Positions 38,501 through 50,012 of a stretch of 64,000 nt of DNA are shown in pieces. The notes beneath the pieces were generated by a model. That model was given only the letters and a program-made list of their open reading frames with translations, searched no databases and was not told the DNA's origin. Within the stretch, counting starts at the first letter, position 1. Each line of letters starts with the position of its first letter. Origin of the DNA: Heterodontus francisci (lineage: Eukaryota); assembly GCF_036365525.1 (NCBI RefSeq), contig NC_090383.1:92632164-92696163 (forward strand). Reading direction: 5' to 3'. The position numbers were made by a program, and so were the translations under genes.

Positions 38501-39397
38501 GACTTTATTTTCACATCTGCCCATTTGTCAGCAGAATAAAGCCCGAGAATGTTTAATCATCAATAATCTAAACACACTGGATGCAAAAATTAAAATGCAT
38601 AATAATTGCCTCCAAAGTCACTGTGAATATTTAATCCTGTATAAATTTCCCAATTTACAGTATCTAAAACTACATATATATTTGAGATAGTATTGTATCC
38701 CTTCCTATTACAGTGTAAATGATCTTGCCAGGGGCTGGATTCAGATCACATATACTGTAATATAGTAGGCACTAATTATGAGTTTTTTTTCACATAAACT
38801 GGATTTATTTTCTTCTTCTCTTCATATCTTATTATGTAACCACCATCTGCTCTCTGGATTCAATTTACTCATGTATAAATATACTGCTTGATATGTTTAT
38901 GGTGCTGTAACCTAATTTTCCCTGAGATTTTACTTGGGATAAATTTTTACTTAGCAATGTTTGTTTCCATAGAAACAGCTTAATTAGGTAACAGTTCCTG
39001 GCAGGTTGGAATAGGATATGAAGCTATTTTGCTTCTGAAAAATCAAGGCGGGCTGCGGCCCAAATCTAGGCATTAAATTACATCTACCCAATTTAGTGAT
39101 ATGTTAAAAAAAAGTGTTTTCTTTCAGGAAATTCAGGAGCATTGGAGTCTTTTGAATTATCTTTCAACACTTCATGCCAAGTCAGTAAGACCAGACTTTT
39201 TCATGACATGATGGCATAAAATCATTAACTGGGCATGTTAAAAATAAGTTTCGTGTTGCTTCAATAGGTAAATGCACCATTTGGTATAGTACGCTCTGCT
39301 CTGTGTCAAATTTGCTCATGTCTGCTTTGGTAAAGATGCAAGTGCTATAATTGTTCTCAGTATCACCAGAACAGTGTTCCTTAGCGGGTCAGTTTTA

Positions 39398-40086
39398 GGG
39401 CTGAATTTTCCCAGCCCATTGGGGTTGGGCTGGGATAGTAGAGAGGATGGCTTTAGGAGGAGAGCCCGCCATCTTCCCGCCACGATTACCTATTGCCAAC
39501 AGTGGGGAGATCAGTGGCTCAGCCGCCCACTGGACGGCCAATTGAGTCACTTAAGCGGTCAATTATGGTCCCCTTTATCTCCTGGCAGTCTCCCAACGGG
39601 TTCCAGTGGCAGAGGGCGCCCTCCTTTATGGGCACTCCATGGCCCAAGGAGGGGTCCCATGCACCCCCCCCCCCCCCCCCCCCACAGTGGCAATGGCCAC
39701 CCCTGCAGTAATGGCTCTGCCGTTGCACCGCAACCACCCCCTTGATCGCTGGTGCCTGCCTGCCTGGCCCCGGCTTATCCACAAAATCTCATCTTCTCTT
39801 TGAGGGCACCAACTATTAAGGCGTCCTCTCCCTGGTGGTGCAGCCTCAGCAGTGACCACTGCAAGTGGTCGCGCTGCTGAGGCTGAGTTGTTGGCCCTCT
39901 GATTGGGCTGGCAGCTCTTGGGAATGGGCCGCTATCCTCAATTGGACAGCGGTCCTGGCGACGGCTGATTAATTGGTCACTGTTGGCAAAATGCCACCCC
40001 ACAGTCCCGCTGCCCGCAGGAGCGGGGTTGCTTCCCGCTTTCAGCCCTGGCAGCAGGACTTCAATGTCCCCTGTAACAATCTGTCC
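39398..40086. mobile_element. Harbinger-type MITE
   Basis: Starts GGGCTGAATTTTC; degraded right TIR; internal motifs shared with 7880-8640. Confidence 0.65.
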
Positions 40087-40718
40087 ACAGTTTCTGCTCT
40101 TGATTACTATTGAGTAACCCTTGCTGGAAAAGCATGTGTACGTATATTGGACGCAGACAGGATTCAGCTTGGCTATGACACTCCATCCATAGTTGAATAT
40201 CCTCTGAGACTCCTTCCCTAAGATATTACATAAAAAGAATGGGAGGACAGTATCAAAGGTTTGCTGACGCTCATGGAACTACACCCCAGCATGACTTTAA
40301 GGACAGAATGTGTACAAGGAGAATATCTACATGAACATGCCAATGTGAAAACAAGAGTTTTAACAAAGCCATCCCTTTAAGGGAATGATTTGTTTTTAAA
40401 AAGGACCTCAGTTGAACACAGACTCCAGATGATAACCATCCAGAACAAAAGGGACTCATTTATCTGCTTTTCTTCTGTGAAATGCTGTGAGCACTTCTAC
40501 TTACAAAGCACAGGCATCCTGTGGCAAGGCATGCTTGTTTCTGGAGTCATTGTGACATGATGCTATTTTTCATGAAATACTTTGACATGGTAAATTTACT
40601 CTGACCTTTTGAAAAAATAGAATATAATCTTCCCCTGCTCTCATGCATTGCAACTAACACCCTAAAACTCCATTAAATAGCAGATGCTCACATTAACTTA
40701 GAGTCTAACATTTGATAA

Positions 40719-41078
40719 AGTTTAGTTTAGTTTAGTTTAGAGATACAGCACTGAAACAGGCCCTTCGGCCCACCGAGTCTGTGCCGACCATCAACCACCC
40801 ATTTATACTAATCCTACACTAATCCCATATTCCTACCACATCCCCACCTGTCCCTATATTTCCCTACCACCTGCCTATACTAGGGGCAATTTATAATGGC
40901 CAATTTACCTACCAACCTGCAAGTCCTTTGGCTTGTGGGAGCAAACCGGAGCACCCGGAGGAAACCCACGCAGACACAGGGAGAACTTGCAAACTCCACA
41001 CAGGCAGTACCCAGAATTGAACCCGGGTCGCTGGAGCTGTGAGGCTGCAGTGCTAACCACTGCGCCACTGTGCCGCCC
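40719..41078 (-). mobile_element. Full-length HE1-type V-SINE
   Basis: GGGCGGCACAGTGGCGCAGTGGTTAGCAC head, V-domain, (CTAAA)n tail. Confidence 0.92.
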
Positions 41079-42307
41079 CAAACACACCCCTCACGAACCC
41101 CACGAACATTTGGAGTCTTCTTAAAACAAAAATCAAGGCTATGAATGGAATACAGTCTCACCACAGTGTTCTTTCAAAACCTGAATTCAAGTTCAGCACA
41201 GACTGAGTGGTTGAAATTTTCCTCTCCCTTTACAGTTGTAACAGCTCTGAGTAAGATAAGCTGGAACACACTCAACCTAGTTATAAATAGGCAGCAAACC
41301 ACAGTATAAATTCAGTGCATTCTGTCTCCAAAACAAAAATAAGATTGGTGTGGAAACACAATAACACTCATATAGGTACAGTACAGGGTATGTGCTGAGC
41401 TTCGGGTTAAGGCCAATTTTTGAGGCATTGTGAAGTAAGCTTTCTACTATGCTGGCCATGCTGTTCATCATCTACTGAGTGCCTGATGCTAGTACTGGGT
41501 GTAAACAGGAGGAAAATGCTGCAATCCTTAGAATGGACAGTTTTAACTTTGGTCACAACAAAAATACTTGAGAAAAGATTTGTAATATATATTAATATAC
41601 GTAAAGATGGGGGTTATAGAAAACAGATTGGAAAATTCTAATCCTATACAGTGCTCAAAAAGGTCACTGTAAAGTTGAATGAGTTAAATTATTTTGAAAT
41701 CGATGATAATGTAACCTATTAAAATAAATCAATATTTTAAAAGAAACAAATCATCAATAAACATTGATCCATAGAGGAAACTGATTGATGTGCACTATGC
41801 AGCTTTTATATGCTCATGTAAGAGTTCACAATGATCTTTCAACCATTTTAGGACAATTTGAAATTATCTCAAAACATGGTTTCATACTCTATTCAAAGTT
41901 GAGTCATTTAGCTGGATTTATAAAGGTCCATAAAAATAATTAAAACAAACAGGATTTGTTTACTCTCAATTCAATCTACTCTCGATAGCCATGCAGCATG
42001 ATGAGCATGATCTCCTCTGCCACTTTACCCTGTATACCACACTACTGTCCATTATTTGGCCCACAGTGGCTGCTTTCACAGCTAGCTATGAAAATGCCTT
42101 AAAAGTGTCGATATGTGTGATGAGAAGCATCAGTGTGCGATCTTATCAGCTCTATTTGCAGTGTCAGTGTGTGCTATCACTACTATCAACAGCTGCTATC
42201 ATCAGTGTCAGAGTTCACTATGAGTTTGTGTGCACTATTAATAGTCAGTATCTTCTCTTCTTTCGCCTCCTCATCTCGAGAGACAATGGGAAAGCGCCTG
42301 GAGGTGG

Positions 42308-43786
42308 TCAGTGGTTTGTGAAGCAGCGCCTGGAGTGGCTTTCAAGGCCAATACTAGAGTGACAGACTCTTCCACAGGTGCTGCAGATAAAATTGGCTGT
42401 CAGGGCTGTTACACAGTTGGCTCTCCCCTTGTGCTTCTGTCTTTTTTCCTGCCAACAGCTATGTCTCTTCAACTCGTCACTCTTTAGCCCCGCCTTTATG
42501 GCTGTCCGCCAGCTCTGGCAATCACTGGCAACTGACTCCCACGACTTGTGGTCAATGTCACAGGACTTCACGTCGCGTTTGCAGACGTCTTTAAAGCAGA
42601 GACATGGACGGCCGATGGGTCTGACACCAGCGACGAGTTCGCTGTACAATGTGTCCTTGGGGATCCTGCCATCTTCCATGTGGCTCACATGGCCAAGCCA
42701 TTTCAAGCGCCGCTGGCTCAGCAGGGTGTATATGCTGGGGATGTTAGCTGCCTTAAGGACTTCTGCGTTGGAGATACGGTCCTGCCACCTGATGCCAAGT
42801 ATTCTCCGGAGGCAGCGAAGATGGAATGAATTGAGACGTCGCTCTTGGCTGACATATGTTGTCCAGGCCTCGCTGCTGTAGAGCAAGGTACTGAGGACAC
42901 AGGCTTGATACACTCGGACTTTTGTGTTCCGTGTCAGTGCGCCATTTTCCCACACTCTCTTGGCCAGTCTGGACATAGCAGTGGACGCCTTTCCCATGCG
43001 CTTGTTGATTTCTACATCGAGAGACAGGTTACTGGTGATAGGCGAGCCTAGGTAGGTGAACTCTTGAACTACTTCCAGAGCGTGGTCGCCAATATTGATG
43101 GATGGAGCATTTCTGACGTCCTGTCCCATGATGTTCGTTTTCTTGAGGCTGATGGTTAGGCCAAATTCGTTGCAGGCAGCCGCAATCCTGTCGATGAGTC
43201 TCTGCAGATACTGTTCAGTGTGAGATGTTAATGCAGCATCATCAGCAAAGAGGAGTTCCCTGATGAGGACCTTCCGTACTTTGGTCTTCGCTCTTAGACG
43301 GGCAAGGTTGAACAACCTGTCATCTGGTCTTGTGTGGAGGAAAATTCCTTCTTCTGAAGACTTGAACGCATGTGAGAGCAGCAGTGAAAAGAAGATCCCA
43401 AACAGTGTAGGTGCGATAACACAGTCCTGTCTCAGGCCACTCAGGATAGGAAAGGAGTCTGATGAGGCACCGCTATGCTGAATTGTGCCTTTCATATTGT
43501 CATGGAATGAGGTGATGATACTTAGTAGCTTTGGTGGACATCCAATCTTTGCTAATAGGCTGAAGAGACCACGTCTGCTGATAAAGTCAAAGGCTTTGGT
43601 GAGATCAATGAAAGCAATGTAGAGGGGCATCTGTTGTTCGCGGCATTTCTCCTGTAGCTGGCGAAGGGAGAACAGCAGGTCAATGGTGGAACTCTCTGCT
43701 CGAAAGCCACACTGTGCCTCAGGGTAGACACGCTCAGCCAGCTTCTGGAGCCTGTTTAAAACGACTCGAGCGAAGACTTTCCCCAC
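42308..43786 (-). pseudogene. RTE reverse transcriptase portion
   Basis: QCGFR, FIDLTKAFD, LLFADD, FTYLGS, LKWLGHV, CSTCGRVCHSSIGLESHSRRC. Confidence 0.92.
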
Positions 43787-44341
43787 TATGCTGAGCAGGG
43801 AGATTCCACGGTAGTTGTGGCAGTCACCACAGTCACCCTTCTTCTTTTAAGGGTGATGATATTGGCATCGCGCAGGTCCTGTGGTACTGCTCCCTCATCC
43901 CAGCACAGGCAAAGCAGTTCATGGCGTGCTGAGAGTATAGCAGGCTTGGCACTCTTGATTATTTCAGGGGTAATGCCGTCCTTCCCAGGGGCTTTTCCAC
44001 TGGCTAGAGAATAAATGGCATCACTGAGTTCCGATTTTGTTGGCTGTTCATCAAGCTCATCCATGCATTGAGGGCGGTCTCAGTGACAACATTTTCCCTG
44101 GAGTACAGTTCTAGGTAGTGCTCCACCCAGCGGTCCATTTGCTTGGGTTGGTCAGTGATCGTATCCCCTGACTTAGACTTGAGGAGGGCGATCTTCTTGA
44201 TGGTTGGCCCAAAAGCTCTCTTAATGCCATCATACATTCCTCTGATGTTTCTGGTGTTGGAGGCCAGCTGAATACAACTGCATAGGTGTTGCCAGTAGTC
44301 ATTTACACAGCGCCTAGCTGTTCTTTGTGCAGCGCTTCTGG

Positions 44342-45424
44342 CTACTTTTTAAGTGCTATGGATGTTAACTCACTGGGGGCTTTCTTGTAGTTCAACAGTG
44401 CAATGCGCTTAGCGGTTATGACAGGTTCCAGCTCTTCAAAGTGAGATTGACACCAGTCTGCATTCTGCTTCTCACATTTGCCATAAGTGGTCATTACTGA
44501 GTCATAGATGGCATCTCTGATGTGGGCCCATTTGGTCTCTGCATCCCGTGTAGGAGTGTTTTGAAGGGCCTTTTCAAGTGAATTTAGAAACTTATGTAAA
44601 AGCTGTGGATAAGAAATTCTGTTAGTGTTGATGCACGGGCGGCCCTTCTGCATGGAGTGATGTAGCTTCTTTGGTTTGAGTCTAACTTTGCTGCACACCA
44701 GGGAGTGGTTGGTGTCGCAGTCCGCACTGTGGAAGCTGCATGCGATTTTGACACTGTTTATGGAGGCTCGCCTTGTGATGATGAGGTCCAGCAGGTGCCA
44801 ACGACGTGATCTTGGGTGCCTCCATGAAACCTGGTGACAGGGTTTAGTATGAAAGAACGAGTTGATGATGCAGAGGTTGTGATAGGTACACAACTCCATC
44901 AGTCTTTGTCCATTCTCATTCATCCTTCCAATGCCATAGCGCCCAAGGCAGGAGGGCCATGAGTCATGGTCGGCCCCAACCTTGGCGTTAAAGTCCCCCA
45001 GCAGGAACAAATGTTCAGTATTGGAAATGTTACTAATGATATTATGGAGTTCCTCGTAGAACTGGTCTTTAGCTTCAGGTGGGGAGCAGAGTGTTGGAGC
45101 ATAGATGCTGAGTAGGTGTACTGGACCAGAGGCGGTGAGCAGTCGGGTGGACAGTATGCATTCTGAGCCATTTGAAGGTGGCTCTATCATGCTGAGCAAA
45201 GAGTTTCTGATGGCAAAGCCCACTCCATGCTGTCTTGGTTCTTCAGGATCCCTACCCTGCCAGAAGAAGGTGTAGTCTTGCTCTCTTAGAGATCCGCTCG
45301 CAAGGAGGTGTGTCACCTGAAGTGCTGCAATGTCCACATTGACTCTACTGAGCTCGTTGTTGATGATGGCGGTCTTCCGAGAATTGTTGATTTGTGTAAG
45401 GTCTTCCGACAAGCCAGGACACAT
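44342..45424 (-). pseudogene. RTE APE-type endonuclease portion
   Basis: DIAALQ, GVGFAI, SIYAPT, LLGDFNAKVG, LDLII, DTNHSLV. Confidence 0.9.
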
Positions 45425-46723
45425 AGTTCTGACGTTCCAGCTTGCAAAACGAAGGGCTGGTACCTTCTTTCCTTTTTCTTCATGCTGTTTGGTGCGATGT
45501 TACAGTCCACTTGTCGGGCAATCACCCTAAGCTCCAAGCACCCATTGAAGCAGGTGGACTGTGGCGGGACAGAACCTTACTGACTGGGGGCTGCCCGGTT
45601 TGAGGCGGGCGGTAGCTGTCCAGTGAGATGCGATGACCTCTCCCACAATAAAGGCAACCCGTGGCGCCCAATCTCTACGCCAATTGAGCTGGACTTATAA
45701 CCCGTAACAGCTGCCTTCCGTGTGGTTTTGGTCGCTGTGAGGTAACTATGGAGTGACCTCTCCATGGCGCATGCCTGGGTGGATGTATGGAGGTTGTGAG
45801 TTGCCCAAGCATCAAAACCCCCCTCTCAACCTTCCTAGTGGGGTCCAAAGGAATGCAGAGCATGACGTTTGGCACCGGTTTGGCTGCAGGAACTACCGGA
45901 AACATGCCAAAGGTGACACATGACAACCTTTGGGGTTCCGCTCCGGATTTTCTGATAGGGTTTACTCTTTTAGCCTTGGTATCTCCTGAGACACCCACAA
46001 AGCTGTGGGGTTGTTAGCTCCTATCCCTGAGCAAGGGCCCTAACAAGTAAGCTGTGATTTCATGGAGGGAGAGGGAAGGGAGGACGGGGTGCGGGGGATG
46101 CTAGGGGGAGGAAGTGGGGGAAGGGGTGCGAGGGGGAAGGGGATATGACAGGGAGGGGTGCGGGGGGAGGGGGTGGGGGAAGGGGGTGTGAGGGGGAGCT
46201 GGGAAGGGGGGGGGTGCAGAGGGGTTGGGGAGAAGGTGCAGGGGAAGGGGGTGCGAAGGGAAGATGGTGCGATGCGGAAGGTGTGCAGGGGAAGGGGGTG
46301 CGAGGGGGGAGCTGGGAAGGGGGTGCGAGGGGGAGCTTGGAAGGGGGTACGGGGGGTGAGCTGAGAAGGGGGTGCGAGGGGTATGGGGGTGCAGGGTGAG
46401 GGGAAGGCGGTTCTAGGGGGGAGGGTGAAGGGGGTGCGAGGGGGGAAGGGGGTACTGGGGGGAAGGTGCTGTGGGGGAGAAGGGGGGAGGCGTCCAGCAG
46501 GGGTCCTAACCCTGGCGAGCGGGCCAGCCCACAGCTGTACTAGTCAGTGTACTAACAGAGTGCAATATTAGTAGAGACATTGACCCTGATATTTAGCCTG
46601 GGCTTTGAAGACAGCAGGGCGAGGGGAGGATTTTCAGATAGAAAACCTGGAAGTATAGATTTCCTGCACAAATTTAACAGCAGGACAGTTTTAAAACTTT
46701 TGTCAGCAGGTTTCCCACACAAT

Positions 46724-46865
46724 TTTTTTATTTCCAAAATATACTTTATTCATAAAAATCTGCAAAAATTACATTGCCAGTTTCAAACAGCACCAAAAAA
46801 TACAAACATTGCAAGGGAGATCAGTTTCCTTCAATACTATCATGAGTTTCTTCACAACCCTTCCA
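46724..46865 (-). mobile_element. Tx1 3' UTR stub inserted in a Harbinger-type MITE (~46590-47310)
   Basis: Reverse complement of ~9575-9724; TSD TTTCCCACACAAT (46711-46723, 46866-46878). Confidence 0.85.
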
Positions 46866-47939
46866 TTTCCCACACAATAGCCAGCCAGATTGAAAGCTGG
46901 TCTGTCTGCTAAGGAGGCAAGCAGCTGGGCAGCAGGTGTCAGGTAAGTCTAACATCACGGTAAAGGGAGGATGGAGGGTCGCCCAATCGCATGGAGGTAA
47001 GCTTCGCGGGCCGGAGGGGGCAAAACATTTCTGCTCCTCCTTTTACCTTCTGGGATTCCCGAGGCCTGTGACATCCGGCCTTTGTGAATTAAAACAAAAA
47101 TGCAGTTAAAATGGAGAGACAGCCTCTTTAAAATATTTTAGTAACCAAGCTGCTTCGTAACAGCGGATTGGCCCACCCAACACCCCGCCCCCACCCCGCA
47201 ACCCACCTATGTTAAAACTGGAAGTGGGCAGGTTAGAGGCGGGTTTGAGAATTTTTAAATATTAACTTTCCCACCCACCCCGATCACCCATCTTTGGGAG
47301 TTTTACCTCAGCAGGATGTAATATCAATTCTTTTTGTTTTGTCATGTTCTTCTCCACTCCTCAATATATTTATTTCTTGTGGAGTGAAGTTCCACAGGTA
47401 CCGGGTGTCATCGAGTATATCACCCCAGTAAATGCTCTACATTCATTAGCCCCAGCAGTGTACACTAAGCCATCAGTGATGCCAACTACTGCATCATTGA
47501 CATCTGCTGTATTCACCAGCACAGCATTTTACTGAAACCACTCCAATCTTCAGTTCCATATTCCTTAAGCAATAACATCACAACTGATAACAGCCATTTA
47601 CTGGGTTATACTTAAAATTGTTAATCAAATTGAGTTTGCACGGGTGCGAAGAGCTATAATTATCCTCCTGGCTATAGTTCAAATGACAAAGTTCAGCTAG
47701 CATGTTTCATTTCTGCTTCCTCCAGGGGAGGCAAGCTAGTCAGTTTTGGGCCAGGTCCTGTAGCGAGGAAGCTTGAAGTAAGCAAGTTGTTGAGTGAGGT
47801 TTCTATAAATTGGCAAGCTATTCATAAATCACTTGGGCTTCTGTTCTTGTGGAGAGGCCAGGTTATCAAGGCCAGAAAAATCAACAGAAAATTACTGTTT
47901 TTCTTCTATTATACCTCAGTGCATTAAATCGATGTGGGG

Positions 47940-48062
47940 TGATCACGCATGCAACACATCAAGGAAACATAAAGACAAAAAGCCTTCTGCAAGAAAAGAT
48001 ATGGTACCCTAGAATTGACAAAATGGTAGAAAAAGCAGTAAGAGAATGTATACCAAGCATCC
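47940..48062 (+). pseudogene. Gypsy integrase zinc-finger fragment
   Basis: HATHQGNIKTKSLLQEKIWYPRIDKMVEKAVREC. Confidence 0.7.
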
Positions 48063-48814
48063 ATGAATGAAGGTACATTGTATAAGCTCGACACGTTACT
48101 CAGGTCCAAGTCTTGCCCATGCTGCTGTGTGTGTTCTGTCTGCAGGCCGGATGATCAGTGTCTCCTTACATGAACATGTAGGTAGCTAGCTAGCTACTTT
48201 TCAGGAAAGGGGGTAGGGAAAATGTTTTTTTCAGTAAGTCAAAAACACAATGTAGGAAATTATTTTTTTGATTGAAATCCCAAAGCATGCAAAATCTTCA
48301 GTACTTTGTTATTTTATATTTTACAAAATGGACATTCCTTATGCAGCACAACTCCAAGTATTTGTAACTGAAACTTGAAGCCAGTTGGTTAAAGTCATTC
48401 AACTTAAAAAGTACAAGATCACTATCTAAAAATCTGTTATGTTTGATTCGATGCCTAGCAACATTGACAGATTTACATGAATTCTCTATGTTGAAACTAT
48501 GTTAAAGCCAAAGACAGATTGCTGGATTATCTGAATCTAACTCGAGTGTTACTATAAATTCCCACCCCCATTTGACAATTTATGGAAAACACCAAAGTGC
48601 AGAACAATGTGCGCTGAATGGTGCAGTGGGTTCAGGGCCCAAGTGGAGCGGTAGAGTTAAGGACAGGAGCACAATAGGTTGGACACTGGGTGGTACAGTG
48701 CATTTGGGAACAGTGAGGGAGGGTACAGTAGGTTGACACATCTGTCATTTTATCCAAAGAAACTAAGTTTGGTTGCAGTGTTAATGAGGACTGGACGAGA
48801 CTTGGCTGAGTTAA

Positions 48815-49357
48815 CCGCCATCTCCAAGGCACAAGTCAGGAGTGTGATGGAATACTCTCCACTTGCCTGCATGGGTGCAGCTCCAACAACACTCAAGAAG
48901 CTCGACACCATCCAGGACAAAGCAGCCCACTTGATTGGCACACCATCCACAAACATTCACTCCCTCCACCACTGACACACAGTGGCAGCAGTGTGTATCA
49001 TCTGCAAGATGCACTGCAGCAACGCACCAAGGCTCCTTAGACAGCACCTTCCAAACCCGCGACCTCTACCACCTCGAAGGACAAGAGCAGCAGATGCATG
49101 GGAACATCACCACCTGCAAGTTCCCGTCCAAGTCACACACCATCCTGACTTGGAACTATATCGTCGTTCCTTCACTGTCGCTGGGTCAAAATCCTGGAAT
49201 TCCCTTCCTAACAGCATTGTGGGTGTACCTACCCCACATGGACTGCTGCGGTTCAAGAAGGTAGCTCACCACCACCTTCTCAAGGGCAATTAGGGATGGG
49301 CAATAAATGCTGGCCTGGCCAGTGACGCCCACTTCCCATGAATGGATAAAAAAAAAG
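48815..49357 (+). mobile_element. CR1/L2-group LINE 3' fragment
   Basis: KAQVRSVMEYSPLA..HHHLLKGN and shared tail. Confidence 0.9.
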
Positions 49358-50012
49358 TTGGATAACATGCTGAAACACGCTGACTATATTGACACAATAA
49401 AAAAACTATTTGGATGAGATACTAGAGGGTGCCTGGGGAACTCGACAAAGCAAAATTGGGTGTCATCAAGAGGAAAAGGGGAAAAAAACTGGTAAAAACA
49501 TAAGACAACAGGCAACATGGAGCTTCCTACCACAGAATGGACTGCTTCAGTGGGTCTCAGTCAAGAAGAAGCCAAACTAGAACAAGATTCATCTGCTTTA
49601 TACTACCATTTTTGTGTTGCATTTACACTGGCATTTACAGACATATATTTGGCACGAAAATCATAGTTTTATAAGCACGTAAGGCATATTAATAAGCAGA
49701 GCTGTTTACTCTCTTAACTCCTGATAACCTAAGTGCTTGATGCTGACAGTTGGTACTAAAAGCAGAAAAGTGTTCCACTCCCCAGCACAATCATCCCCCA
49801 CTTTGCTGAGCACAAAAATACATCAGAAAGTTACACTATTGGTTAAAGTGAATCTATTAGCATTGAAGAATGTAAAACAGGCATGCGAGGACACCCTATT
49901 CACTGTCTTTATAAAGCTTCAGTGCTCACAGTGTGAATGATTTAAACCTTGCTTCACAGGCCTTACTGATATCTGTGTCACCTGCCTCATTTTCTCTTTG
50001 TTTTTAATAGTA

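Larger units (their letters stand above)
42250..46540 (-). mobile_element. Near full-length RTE-clade LINE, frameshifted
   Basis: TSD TAGTCAGT (42242-42249, 46541-46548); APE endonuclease + RT + C-terminal CxxC..H..C; very short 3' UTR with GAA-type tail. Confidence 0.95.

Noticed and set aside
47344-47535. Short Ser/Thr-rich ORF, and 61809-62261, as host exons
   Set aside because: No recognisable homology and no convincing splice-site pair
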